A DNA stretch of 62,979 nt, counting the filler, from Choristocarpus tenellus KU-1152 (Eukaryota; Protista; Phaeophyceae): assembly GCA_964200185.2 (NCBI GenBank). It is 5 parts of 5 records of this genome, joined end to end, with 100 filler letters (N's around TTAATTAATTAA, not from the genome) between each part and the next. Parts side by side here need not be neighbours in the genome. Positions count along the whole stretch, not along the records: positions 17,914 to 39,815 come from CAXNAD020000317.1; positions 39,916 to 55,449 come from CAXNAD020000979.1; 3 more parts are not named here. One strand, written 5' to 3'. Shown here piece after piece: positions 26,401-40,200 of this stretch. Made by a program: the position numbers and the translations under genes. How positions within the stretch are numbered: the stretch's first letter is position 1; every line of letters begins with the position of its first letter. Under the pieces are notes generated by a model, which ran no database searches, had not been told where the DNA came from, and saw only the letters and a program-made list of their open reading frames with translations.

Positions 26401-29400
26401 ATCGAAGTGTTTCAGGTGGCCTCGGTATGTCCTACCCTTTGTCTGGATATGCCTCTCTGTTTCCTTTCTCCCCCATTCTTTAGTCTGTTGTGCAAGTTAT
26501 CGTCAATGAAACAATACTCTTCGTTTCCAACGGCAAACTATGAAATATGCTTGTTGGCCTGTTTCTTCCCTAGCCAAGTCGATATGAACATATAATAACC
26601 ATGGGATAATATTTTTCCCCATAACTTATCTGTGAATTTCAGTATTTTTCCAAATGGCAATGTACTAACAATCACTGGAAGGCTTTGAACATGAGCCAAG
26701 GTGGAAACCCTCTCCAAAAAAGCCTGAATCTGAAAATATTTCCCACTATTACTCCACCAGTCTCAACCTCTCTGCCTCGTCCTCTTAGTCAGTAACCCTG
26801 AAAGCACCCGCAAAGCCTTCTATTAGATCCGGAATCACAATTTAAATTTGTCAACCAAAAGAAAAAAATCCAAACCTTCCGTGAGTTGATGGGAGGTGGA
26901 GGACTCTGTTGGTGGCGTTGTCAGCATTGAGGGGCACACATTTTGTGAAGTACCGTGGAGAGTGCCAACAGAGGCCACGAGGAGCTTGGCATGGCCTGCG
27001 GGTGCATGAAGGCGAGAAGAAAACAAGTCGGTTCTGTCAGGGTGGTTAATCTTCTTCTATACACGATCTGGAAGAGCATGCTGGCAATTAGGAAGACGAG
27101 AATCAACCTGAAGCAGAAACTGTATGTTTGAAGTTGTGATCCTCCACCCCTGTACCCACAAAAATATTCAGTTGTGTAGCTGGCATTTATTTTTAACTTC
27201 CCGAGAGGAGTTCTATGGTGAGGTGTTGGAAGCCCAAGTGCGACATATTATCTGTGACCATGAGTGAGGTGAGTGAAGATTTGGGGGGTAGGGCACGATG
27301 CAGGATAAAAGGCCTCCTGTTTGTTTGATAAAAGGTACTGTATACATTCTTTTATTTGGCAGTCCAAAGTACAGGTATCGTTTTTCTACTATTGCATTCA
27401 GGGTACTCGCATGCAAAAAAAAGCGTTTTTGCTCCACAATGCTGAATGTTTCTCGAAATTTTCTGCATGAAGTATAAGCGCTGTATATTTGCATTTGAAA
27501 GCAGAGAAAGAGAAGAGAGAGAGAGATAGAGAGAGAGAGAGAGTGCATTCAGGCACAAAAGGATTTGCCCTGAGAACAACCACCATTTATTGTTTTAACG
27601 AACCGGGGGGAGGCACAGGTCCAGATTTTTTTCGTGCTAGTGAGTTTACGATGTATGCGCTTGATTCAACAATAAGGGCCTCACTCAATCAAGCCCCCAT
27701 TCAAAGTGTAGACCAAGCAGCGAAGGCCAGTGCAAATAAGGCGAAAATAAAAATTAAATTTTGGGGAAGCTTCTGTTAAGTAAAAGCAGAAATCAACATG
27801 GTGAATTAGCAGTAGCAAAAAGTTAAAAACCTGTAAAAATGATATATCAATAGTTATTCAAACATTCGATTGCAATGCCTTGCCACAGCCCACCATTTTT
27901 TTTCATAAGTGACGAAGTCATCAACTTGATTTTATTGCCATTTTTTGCCCTCATCCGTTGTCAGCCACAAGAGCAACACAGATTAAGTAACCATTGTTTG
28001 AAGTACACTTCCGACAAAATCTGTAAAAAAATGAACTATCATTGATGTCCTGAAGTAATTTATTGCCACCAATGGGGAGTAAGGTAGAAGTGCAAGAGAT
28101 CCATTGCTTTGATTGATGGTCAAGATTGTATAATAATATACTGGGTAGTACCCTTGTTTGAATTTGTAGCAATTGACGTGAAAACTTACAGGGTTAGGGT
28201 TTCTGTCACTCTTAACACCCTCTAACTGAGCCAAAGTACCCTAGAGGGTAGAGCCACGTCCATTTAATCCCAAAATCCAATGTTACGATTTTGATGTGAT
28301 ATTGGGCAAGGTGTTTGTGAGGAAGTGTCAATATCCTTGTTCCGGACACACCTTCTCATAATGTATACATTTTACCTACTCCGAAATATTTTGGAATAGG
28401 AAAATGTCATAAAATCCCCGAGGGAAACCAAGCCCCAAATGGACAAACAGGGCAGAACTCGTACCCTCTAAGATGCTTTCACTCACTGCTACTTCTAGAC
28501 TTGAGGGACTTTTTTTCTCTCATAGGTGGCAAGTGGATAGGGCATATCTGCTCTTAATTCAGACACTGGTACAGCAGAAAGGGGCTAGCAGGGCGGAAGA
28601 CAGGAGGGGGAATAGGTTTTGTGGTATACGTACTTTGTGTATTGGCTTGACTTTCTGTAGGGTATGTATAGTTGCTGAGAAAGTCGTGCATATGGAAACT
28701 ATCGTAATTGCCTCAGCATATCAGGTTAGACATTGGGGGTTCGTTTCTTGAAAACCAAACCACAGTACGTGATTAGTCCAGCTGACTACGACTGGGTCTA
28801 ATCACCTACATCTTCAGTGCCGATGAGAAGATTTGGAGTAGCATCAGATTAGTGAAAAAAAAAATGTTGAGAAAGAGAACCCAACAAAAACAGTTCATCT
28901 TTATTTGGTAGAATAATTGTTACATCCAGGGTTAGGGGTTGGGTGCATAGTGTGGGGAGATCTAAGTCCAACATCAGTGAGTGGGGGGGTGAGTGTAATA
29001 TATGGCCTCGAAGTACAAACATACAAGCTATGCAACATGTGTAGAGACGTTGCTCTTGGTGTCTTGTTGGCATGCCCCTGTAGGAAATGTGATGTTACTC
29101 GGAGAGTATTTGTGGGGAACCGTACAAATTGGTGCCGAACTTGACGGGGCAGAGGAACAGCTACAGAATGAATGTATCATCTCATAGTCAGGCTTGGTGC
29201 TACGCACATTCAGGCCATCCTATTGGTGCGATTTCAATTTGTTTTTACCGTGTACACCCCTCAAGTTTGGACTCATCCATCCCGTTCCATCACAGATTCT
29301 CTCACCCCTTCTCATGCCGGGGATCAGCTGAATGTCCTCCATAGACAAGTGAGCCAATGACTCTAAGGTGTCAAATCCTTCAACCTCAAGTAGTTCTGCA

Positions 29401-32367
29401 TATTTCCCGAGGGACATACTCCTGGCCTCCAGCCACTTCCTCACCTCGAACTGCCCAACACTCCCATTCCCTTTGTCGAGAGTTGCATGTTGACCTCCAT
29501 CAGGCAGAGGTAATGTACTACCTTCTCCTCCACCTCTACATTTCATCTCTCGTCTTGACCCCCCCCCCTCCACTTCCTTCCCCACTTCTCCTCCTCCTGC
29601 TCTGCATTCATTACTCTCTTGGCTGATGTTAGTCTCAACGTGGTCGCTACTGCTACCTTCACCAACCTGATAGTCTATCCCTTTCATTCTTCTCATTCCA
29701 TCTCGACTGCTGCTGCTACCCCCGCTATTGCCATGGTTGCTGCCATCATCTCCCATATCACCCCCTCTTTTACCAGTATCACTCCAAGCAGCATCACCCG
29801 CCTCACTCATATTCACTCGTCTCCTTCTCCGATCAAATTCCCAGGGAGAAAGAAGTAGCCGATCTGCTCCTATTGTGTCTATGATCTCCTCCACACCATC
29901 TTTGCTGCTCTGGTTCCTCTGGTTGCTCTCCCCTTCAATAGTCACATCCAAACCCCAGGAGATGAGGATGGTTGTTACTCTGGCGAGAAAACCTGGAGTG
30001 AGCCTGGGCCAGCAGCCTGTAGAGAGCTTGGAATGGACAGTGTGTGTCTTTGTATCGCTGTGGGAAGCCCGAGCGGCCACCTTTGTGTAAAATGTACCAT
30101 GGTACCGACAATGTACCGTAGTACCATTCAGGGTTCAGGTTAGGGTAAGGATTTGGGTCTAAGGGTCGAGGTGGGGGGAGTTGGGGTATGTAGCGACAGC
30201 TCCAGTGGCTTTCAATATTTCCTAACACAATGAGATAACATACAGGAGTGATATTGGAGGTTCAACTGTCTGTGGTAAAAAAAAGCAGCAGCAATAGACT
30301 GCTACTGTGTAATGTGACATTAGGTTTGCAATCATCTTTGAAGCTGATCCTTGACTGGGCATTTTGAGGGAGATTGCAAGAGTGATGACATAAATCCATA
30401 CTCTGACTGCTGTCTAATCTGGAAAACCCCGAATTTATGCCCACTAACAAGAATTTACTGCCTGTCAGTAGAGAGGTATGACACTATGTCAATTTTCTGT
30501 AATGGTGTAAGTATTTCCACCTATATCATTAATGCTTTTCTGCGCAGTCATACCTTTCTGTCAACTCAAATTGAAGTACTTCCCTCATGAGAATATCTGG
30601 GAAACTTCACTGGGCATAGTAATGTACTTTTGAGTGAAAGTATCTTAGAGGGTACGAGTTTTGCCCTGTTTGTCCATTTGGGGCTTGGCTTCCCACGGGT
30701 TTTTCAATGACATTTTCCTACTCCAAAATGTTTCGGAGCAAATAAAATGTATACCTTATGAAAGGTGTGTCCGGAACAAGCGTATTTACACTTCCTAACA
30801 AGCATGATACCCAAAATTACATCAAAATCGCAACATTTTTTTTTTCCCCCAAATGGATGCGACTCTACCCTCTAAGATACTTTGACTCTTTTTTTCTTTT
30901 TTCGCACGATTTGCTTGCAGAACTCAGTGATTCACACTACCTTGATTCATGTGCTGCGTGTCCTTTTTGGTGATAATTGGGTGCATCGATTTCTGGCCTA
31001 TAGTATCCTTGACGAGGGGGGGGGGGTTAGCTCAGGCTGTCAATTTAGGGCTTGGTGGGGTGGAGTAAAACACCCCAGTTTGATGTCGTTTTGCTGGCGA
31101 TTCTCCCTCGGATTTGGTCCAGGCAGGGGAATGAAAGGAACTTGCATCCAGATTAATCAAATTCCCCTTACATCCGAGATGTTCCCTCTAACGATATGAA
31201 AATCACTACAAGGTAAACAAGGCTCTGAATGGACGCCTGATCCCCCCTCAAAGAAACTATGAACCTCTTTCCAGCCAAGTCTTGAAACTCATACTCAGAA
31301 ATGCTCTTGATTCACAGCACTAAATTTAATCGCCGATTTCAACCTAGACACTATCCCAGGAAGCAACACACTCTGTGTCAGAATTAGAGGACACAATTTC
31401 TAGTTTACAATTCTGGCTGCACAGCTTTCCTGACTCACTACAGTGCAACGGAAACATTAACTAGTAAGAACTTGGCCTCAGTGAAGAACGTGGAAATTGA
31501 AATCGCACAGGGAAAGTGTACAATCAGTGAGGTGATGACTTAATGAATAAAGCCAGGTAGAACCCTGGCTTCTGATTTTTCAGATACATCATTATTATTT
31601 AATCTTTGTTTTCTCTCCATGTTCTAGATAGAGAGATACCCCTATTTCATTAGGGCATGAAAAAAATACATAGTGAGTACAGCACACACACAACACACAC
31701 ACATAGAGATATACATGCTTACACGGGACCATAATCTTAGTGGTTGAACATTGAAATGGTTTCTGGGATCCTAAGAAGATGACCTGAGCTGTATTCTAGG
31801 CATACCTTCATCTTACAAATAAATGTAGAAGCCCAGCCAAAGATATGCCCAAGGATGACTGTACTCCTGGAAGCATATGAAATTAGCTGTTTTCGGAACA
31901 CCCAGATAATGAAACCGTTGCCAGGAACCATCTGGCACCATGTTTATGTCATATCTCAAGTGTTTCTTCTGTGAGGCACCACTACAGCTCAAAATCGAGT
32001 TCTCACACCTGAATCTCAAATGCCCCGACCCTGTCCCGCCTCCTAACTGTAAGGCCGGCTTTAGTACCACCTCCTCCCCCTACTCTCAGACGACTGGCCT
32101 GTTGCCGCCCTGAGTTCAGGTGTGCAGGTTTCAGCGTCACTGCTAATCGTATTGCGGATGTCCTAAGGCCATCAATTATGTAGTCTCGTGCTGCACAGGC
32201 GTTTTGGAGGTATGCCTTGTCAGTGACAAAAAACATTGAGGAGAGTAGGTGAAAGGGGTACTGAGGTTACAGTTGCTTGCTGCTTGTGAGCGACAGTGTC
32301 CACCAAATTGGTAGGTGAGTTGCTCATTCACCATGCCTAAGCGCTATGGATAACATTGTCTGCATGC

Positions 32368-32402
<35 letters not shown>

Positions 32403-35400
32403 CCATGTACCAATGTAGAAACAAAACGTGGACTCCTCCATGTAGAAAGTACTTCAGGCTAATTTCTGTTCTAGTGCTGTGTAGAGTTAAAATGTAAGTA
32501 TTATAGCACAGCAGTAATATATATCTGGCTCAAACTATCTGGGGGGGGTGGCAGCTGTCCACTTGGGGTCAATTACTTAATGTCGCGATTCTTGGGTGAT
32601 TTGGTTGCATACTTCGGGTGGATAATGTAAACGCACTTTTCCTGATTTTGACCCGAAAGGTCACCCTGGTGTACACCCTCCTCCCCCCCCAGATACTTTC
32701 GGTCATCTATGATACTGTTCAAAGCTCAAATAATTAGACCTCCAGAATCTTAAGACGTAAAGTTCTGAAATTTGATAGGATGACATTACAAATAGCATTA
32801 CTTTGTTCACCTTCAAGAAGCAATAGCCAAACAATACATAGACGAATATGATGAGTAGAGAGCCAAAATATCTTAGAGGGTAGGGCCGCATCAATTTGGG
32901 GGCCAAAATCCAATGTTGCAATTTTGATGTGATTTTGGCTATTGTGTTTGTTAGGAAGTGTCAATAGCCTTGTTCCGAACACACCTTTTCATAACGCATC
33001 ATCTTACCTACTCCGAAACATTTTGGAATAGGAAAATGTCATAAAAAAAATGAGATGCCAAGCCCCAAATGGACAAAAAGGGAAAAACTCGTACCTAAGA
33101 TACTTTCACTCAGGCAATCTAGGACTCACCTGGTGGAGTAATCTGGGACCTACGGTAGTGTGTTTCCCCAATAGAGTGAAGCATGAGGGAACACAAGTGG
33201 TGTGAGGCATCCTGCCTAATCGCTCCCTTCTAGTTAATTCTCTAGCAAGAGAGATACCCTATCTTGAAGGGATCTTTCTTTAGGATCTTTAGAATATATA
33301 GGGTCTTTCAATACTTCTGGCTAAAGCCTTATACCTAAGTTTGAAATGAAACCCCTATAGGAGGCTGTGCGGAAGAAAGAAAAACGTGCACATCACAGCC
33401 AAATTGCTCCTCAGGGTGCGAGAAGTACAAGCACTCAAAGGCGGTCACAGGGGCACCAAACAAGCAATGACACCCTCCTTTAAGATCAAAGACGTCAGCA
33501 TCGTCTTGGTGGGCAAGGACAAGGTCGACTTGTCTAGGAATGCCCTCCATACACATGAAAAACATTATAGTTTGAAGCATATAGATATGGTGTATCGTAC
33601 AGAGTCCATACAAACCAACACATTAACACCAAGGCCAAGAGTGAACCATGAACTTGTAAGCCTCGACATCATGAAGCAACAATGGCTCAGCAGTGCTTAT
33701 CACTATCTGTCAGTATCATTGGTATGAAAACGAGGTGCATCAATCAAGAGCCAGGTCAACCTGTGCGAGAGGACCTCACTCGTTTGTGGACATCACAACA
33801 GATTACACAACCCCTATCATGATAGCACAATGAAGGTAATTTATGGGTAAGGGAAGAATTGAAGGAGTCACTCAGGTCCACTATCTCACTGTTTTCATTG
33901 TGTATCAAGCATTGAATATCATTGCTACAGTAAGTTCTGATATCAATATTTTGATATTTTGATGTTATCAAGGAAGGGAAAAAACGGCTCGAAAACTCAT
34001 GTGGGGGAAAAAAAGGGTCAAACTGCCAATACCTGACATTTTTGAATGAGGCAGGGTAGCTCAGACAAACAGGTAACAAATAAGGACAGAACCGCAATGT
34101 ATCACTTCATCTTCGGTCAAAGGGACAAGACCCCTTACAGAGTATCATTTCACTTATGTAAAGATTGCAAACCTAGGCAGTTTATCAATTACATCAGCAC
34201 AGGTTGCAAGTATGACCACTTGTACATTTATCGAGAGCTTACAGACCAACAACATTGCATGCTAAATTACACCACTAACTCTATATCAAAACATATTTCC
34301 CTGCGTGTTTCAGCCCATTGGGGCCTATCTTCGGAAGGACTATTGGTTTGTGAACTCCCTAAACATCCTGGGCTAACTGCCACACCACCAGGTTACACAG
34401 AAGCATTCTAGTACGAGCCCTTGCCCTTAAATCTTTAGATCAGAACATTTGTTGGTGCTGTCCCTCCCTCAAGCATGATCGTCTCCAGAACCACCTGCAC
34501 AGTCATCCACACACCAGGGTGCTCAAGACCTCTGCGTGAAGCATAGCCCTGTGGATGACCAACTTCACTGATAATGCATGCAACACCATATGGCTCCTAC
34601 TGGGGATTGTGTTCGCAACCTCCTGAGAATTGACAGATTGATGTCATTGCGGTTGCTTTTCCCTTCCGTAGCAAGTTGATTTCAGGATCAAGGATGCCCT
34701 AATGCTTCTGCTGCCTACCTATATAGTGTGCTTCCACATAGCTTTCTCACACCCAACTGCTCAACCAGGAGACACTGAATGCGCCAGCAACTCTTTTCAA
34801 GTCCCTTTTGGCCAGAACACCATTCCTGAAGCTCACAAGGTGATCCACGATCACAGCCATTCCCTCTGAATCCGTTGGATTCTTCCTCTTTTGTATCTCG
34901 ACATCCCTTGCTTGCCGAACATGGTCTGAGGCGGTCAGAAGGCCTCTGACTAGGTCATTAATTACATCACGTAGTTACAGTAGAACTATATGTACTCCTA
35001 TAATGTTATATGCATGGTTAAATTGTACTTCGAAGTAATAGTACTATGTGTATATCGCATATGTTGAATTAAGGTGGTAGAGGATGTCGCATGGCAAATA
35101 TATTCGTCTCAATGGCTCAGAAAAAACATACACTCCGGAGTACTTAATTCAAAGTATGCTAGTACAATGATTTTTGCGTCTGCCTTTTCATAATTACTAC
35201 CTACGTGCCATAAGTCTGAGCCGCGCTGTCCATAACCTTTGACGATATTGATGAAATTCATTTCTGAAAGAAGATATGGAATCCTTGACGAATTTCTGGT
35301 TAGGGTCAGGTCTTTTTACTATCTTACTCCCCATCCATCACAATTTTATCACCCATAGAAAAAGCCTCCATGTCTACCTTTGGCGTGTTTTCAAGCTCAC

Positions 35401-37234
35401 CATACAATTGCCTATTCCTTACCCCTGAAGTCATTCCCCCCTTTGTATCTAAGCACTTGATTGTACACCACAAAAAGGAGCTGCTAAGACCTCTCAAGTG
35501 TGGTTTCATCATACTCCTCATACTGTTTCTTAATGACCTTCATCATCTCCTTGACGGACCCAAACCGCTCCCCCATCACCTGGAATTTCAAAGATCTGAA
35601 GAAGCACAGGTCTATGATATTGAGTTCGAGGGAGTTAGATGGCTGTGTCACGAGCCTAATCGACCACCCTTCAGTCCTCCCTGCCCCTGACACGATTTCT
35701 GGGTTGCCCTTGCCTGTGTGGGGGGTGGCACCGTCTTGCTGAACAACAACGTGCTTGCCCTGCGACCAAGGCATCTTGGTCTTGATTGCAGGGAGCAACT
35801 CCTCCGTGTACCACTTCCTGTACCACAAATGGTCTAAAGTACAGTCCTGCTCATACACACCCCTCTTTTTGTTGTTCTTGCTTGTCCTGTCTGCTGTTTT
35901 TGGCACACACACACGCCAAACACCAAGCTTTCCATCAAAGCTGTGAGCCGAATTTGGGTAGGCATTGGCTGCAATGATCATGGTACTGGGGATATGACTC
36001 TTATGCTGCACAGTAGGGGACCCTGGAAGGTCGCTATCATCCTCATGCGGAAATACCCTAACCCTTTCCCCATCAGCCATAACGTAAACCAAGGTTTCAT
36101 CAACATGGAACGTGTTCGCCATGCTGGCGTACACACCACATTTCCGGTCCACTTGGTCGCAAACAAAGTNNNNNNNNNNCGTATCATCCAACCACCTGTT
36201 TATGGTGCTCATGCTATAATTCAGCTCCTTGGCAGCCACCTTCATTGTCACCTGACACTCTGTGGATGACCGATTATCGGAGTTGATACTATGTATTGCG
36301 GTCATCTTGGTCGGTGTGAGCTCTGAAGGCTGCCCACTACATACCGCCACCCCTAGGTCAAGCGTGTGGCCCCAAACGAGCTGATCAGTGATATTCTCCA
36401 AGAGCAATCTCATGTAACGCTTAGGCACTCCAAACTCCGCTGCGAGGGCTGACCCAACGTGTCTTGGCAGTTTCTGCTCACCAGGGACCACTTCGAGGGC
36501 GTGCCGCACTGCAAATGCAACCCTGGTATTCAAGGATACTTGGGCAATCTTCCTACGCGGGGGGGTCGCTGGGGGGGTTGCCATGCAGACGTTATGACCG
36601 TCGATGTGCCCAGTTCTGGCCTCAAAATCACCCCAAAATACCCCTACTTTGACGGCTTGAAGCACCCCAAGTTTGTACCTGATGATCCTTGACCCCCACT
36701 TTTTCTGAAAGCTGAGATTATCAACCCGATTTCATTATGTGGTGTTATCGTCCGATTCGGTGCTGTTCTGGCTCAACGAGCCCAGATCCTTCGCGACACA
36801 AACTTATGGCACAGAGGCAGTATTAATTGGAAACAGTACTGTGGGAGGGTTGACTTCTTCTCACTATATGCTTTTCTTTTTAAGCAGCAACCACAGGCAC
36901 AGGGTAGAGACGGGTCAAGACTGAGCGATGATGGGGTATATGCGACATGAAAGGCAAAGTTTTTTTCATCAATAGAATAGCCCGTATATATCACAATGGA
37001 CCAATCAATATAATCGCTTTCCCCATGCAACGTTTCTTTCATCCTTCCATCCTTCCTGACCTCCTCAATCTTGGCACAGTCTGTAAGTAACTACTTGAGT
37101 CATTGGCTTCACTGCTTGTTGCTTTGGCAACCCTCCTCCTCCTATCCCAGGATTGGGATTAGAGCGTGTTGCATTTTTAGCACATTGCTTTGAATTTCTG
37201 TATTACTACATTGAACATTTGGTGTGAACTTGAG

Positions 37235-37283
<49 letters not shown>

Positions 37284-40200
37284 CGGGCACGGGCGTGTTT
37301 CCATATTTGTTGACTTCAATCGATTTCAAGAAAAGCCTTGCTGAATTTGGGAGGCTTTAAGAATCTGAGTGAAAGTATCTTAGAGGGTACGAATTTTGCC
37401 CTATTTGTACATTTAGGGCTTGGCTTCCCAAGGGTATTTTCAGGCCTTTTCCTACTCCGAAATGGTTTGGAGTAGGTAAAATGTATACGTTATGAAAAGG
37501 TGTGTACAGAACAAGGATATTGACTCTTCCGAGCAAGTATGATTGCCAAAATTATATCAAAATTACAACATTGGACTTTGGACTCCAAACGGACACGGTG
37601 CTACCCTCTAAGATACTTTGACTTATCTCAGAAGGTATCGATTACCATCTAGAGCCTTGCATACATACCTGCGCATTGTGTCGTGTGGTCATTTGATGTC
37701 GTTCACACCCATGGCAATACTCAATCGTCACCACCACGTCTCCCTCCTCCAGTCCCTCATATTCTCGCCATGCCACGACAGGTACCATGTGGCCCACCTC
37801 TGTTGGCAGTCGTCTCTTCCCTCCTACTCTCATCCCCCCCCCCACAAAAATCACATCTCCAGCTTTGCCTTCAGAGGGTAGGTTGTTGAGGGGGGTCTTT
37901 CCCTCAAGAACCTGAACTTTGTGAGAGCGATGACGAGATCAAAGGGTTGTTTGGGGTTTGGCTGTTTCAAGATGAGCGTAATCATTGGCACAATTGCAAC
38001 ATGTGAGGTATTTCATTGGTGAAAATGCCACTACTTGTACTGTATCCCGTATCCCTTGTTGTAAATATATTTATCGTTATTCTGAGCATGACTCCCAAGA
38101 AGTTTGAGGGCGAGGGCTAGGGTGGTGATGGAGGTAATGGTGACACTGAAGGTTATGAGATGGATAGTTTGAAGTGGCTACACAGGAGAGCCCACACTTC
38201 TACTGCTCAAGTTTATATGTGCGGAACAGTCCAACCTCTTTTTTTCTTCCATATCCCTCAAGATTGGTTGGCCCAATGGACACCCCTTGCTATTGTTTCA
38301 CCTAGGGCTGCTTCACCTCTTGCTTGGAGGGTAGTCTATCCACCGTGTAATAGTACAAATGAATGCAAGTAACCACATACTGATGATAACAAACAACCTC
38401 ATTCAATGCAGAGAGAGAGAGAGCGCGCACAAAGTACATGCTTTGAGATGCTACAACACTGATGATGCCTAGGAGTGATGGCGATTCTGTTCTTTCTTCC
38501 CCTCACTCAGCACTTTGACCACTACTCCCACTTGGGTAACACACGGAGGTATGTTCAGATAATGGGGATTTTTCTCTTGCCAGCAACCAGGGAATAGCAA
38601 GACAAGCATATTTTCCCTCTGATGCCATATTTGACTTGCAAGGCTTTTCGAGTTAGTGGTTCAGTGGACTTTAAATACAGTTCTGTGGACGGCCTTGAAG
38701 CAGTTTGTCTATATATACTGGTCTGTGCAAAACCGGTGTTACCTTGACCTCAATGCCATTGATCTATCTTTCTCGCCCTCCCTCGCCACTCCTTGTTATT
38801 CTGTCCATTAGAACAGAGCATCCACGGAGCACAGTGGCTATCTTGGGAGAGAGTGCAGCTACATGATCCAACTATGAAATGAATTAACTTGTCAGCAATG
38901 TCTCTAACCCGAAACTTGTTGTAACAAGAAGTCTTCAAGTTTTCGTTCTTCTCCATATCTGTCAAGGAGTTAAATTGGAGACCAACTTAATACTTTGCGC
39001 GGAAATATTTGAAATATTGAAATGTTTAGACTCAGCTCCATATAGATATTGAACTATGTAACATTTCACTTCAAAATGTTTTCACATGCCACATGCTTCA
39101 AAGCAGTAGACATTTAGATTTAGTTTTTTTTGTGGTCTTGGCTGAGGACGAAAGGGTAGCAGTGTGAACCTCAGGACACAAGGGCCCATGCAAGAATTCA
39201 TGTAAGGACCCTGCATATCCACTCTGCCACCAGTATTTGTTTCACCCTTGTATGTCAAGTGTTCTTCCGATCCACACACTTGCATATAAATGGGAGACAA
39301 GAAGAGAACCACGGAGAGTGTGCATTGTCTTGTAGGGCAATTTTGGAGATTAGAACATTCAGGTTGGTGTGTAGTGACTCTGTTGCGCAGAGGACATATT
39401 TCATAGTGCTCTGGAGCCACTGTTCCGTGATAGAAAGTATCGGGGCAAACCTATGACTGCCTCAATATGCAAGAAAACGCTAAGGAATGGCGCGATATTT
39501 TCTAAATTGGACTTCAACTACTGATGGGTTTCAAATCCAATATCATTTTTTTTGTATGGCATATAAAATACATCTCTTGATCTATATCATAAAAAAAAAG
39601 TGTGGAAGGTTTCTTGATTTTTTGTGTTTTTCTCGTTGATACACTATTTTCATATTGGAAGCGAAAAACAACACAATTTCGCCTCCTCTAGTCTCGATTC
39701 GCAACAAGAGATGAGCGCCCTTTCACATAGTACAGGAAATAACATTTGATCGCTTTTCGTGCGGGTACACAAGAGGTTAATGCGTCAAAGTATCTGGGGG
39801 GGGGTGTCAACGTCCNNNNNNNNNNNNNNNNNNNNNNNNNNNNNNNNNNNNNNNNNNNNTTAATTAATTAANNNNNNNNNNNNNNNNNNNNNNNNNNNNN
39901 NNNNNNNNNNNNNNNCACCCTAACTCCGCATCATACACTGATCCACTTTACAATCACCAACACACAAACCAACTGTAGCCCACCCCCCCCCCCCCTCCTC
40001 CTCCCCATTCAGAACCTCTCCACCCCCTCACCTCACGGCAGATAATGTGCGGCTTCTCAGATATCCACCCCTGCTTTTTCACAGGCTCCACCACCCTGAG
40101 ACGCATGGTGCCATCTGGCAACCTGCGCCGCTCATCTACACTCACCATGGTGCCCTTGCTGCATCCCCCACCCTTTGCCTCTGGCCCCTCAAGCTCTGGA

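Noticed and set aside
33386-33727. 113-aa plus-strand ORF with a GGHRG motif, possibly an integrase zinc-finger relic
   Set aside because: It has no accompanying CxxC or DDE motifs, so the evidence is insufficient.
37690-37730. Selenocysteine (UGA) recoding in the Rdx motif
   Set aside because: Both motif positions are Cys codons and no in-frame TGA is needed in the exon chain.
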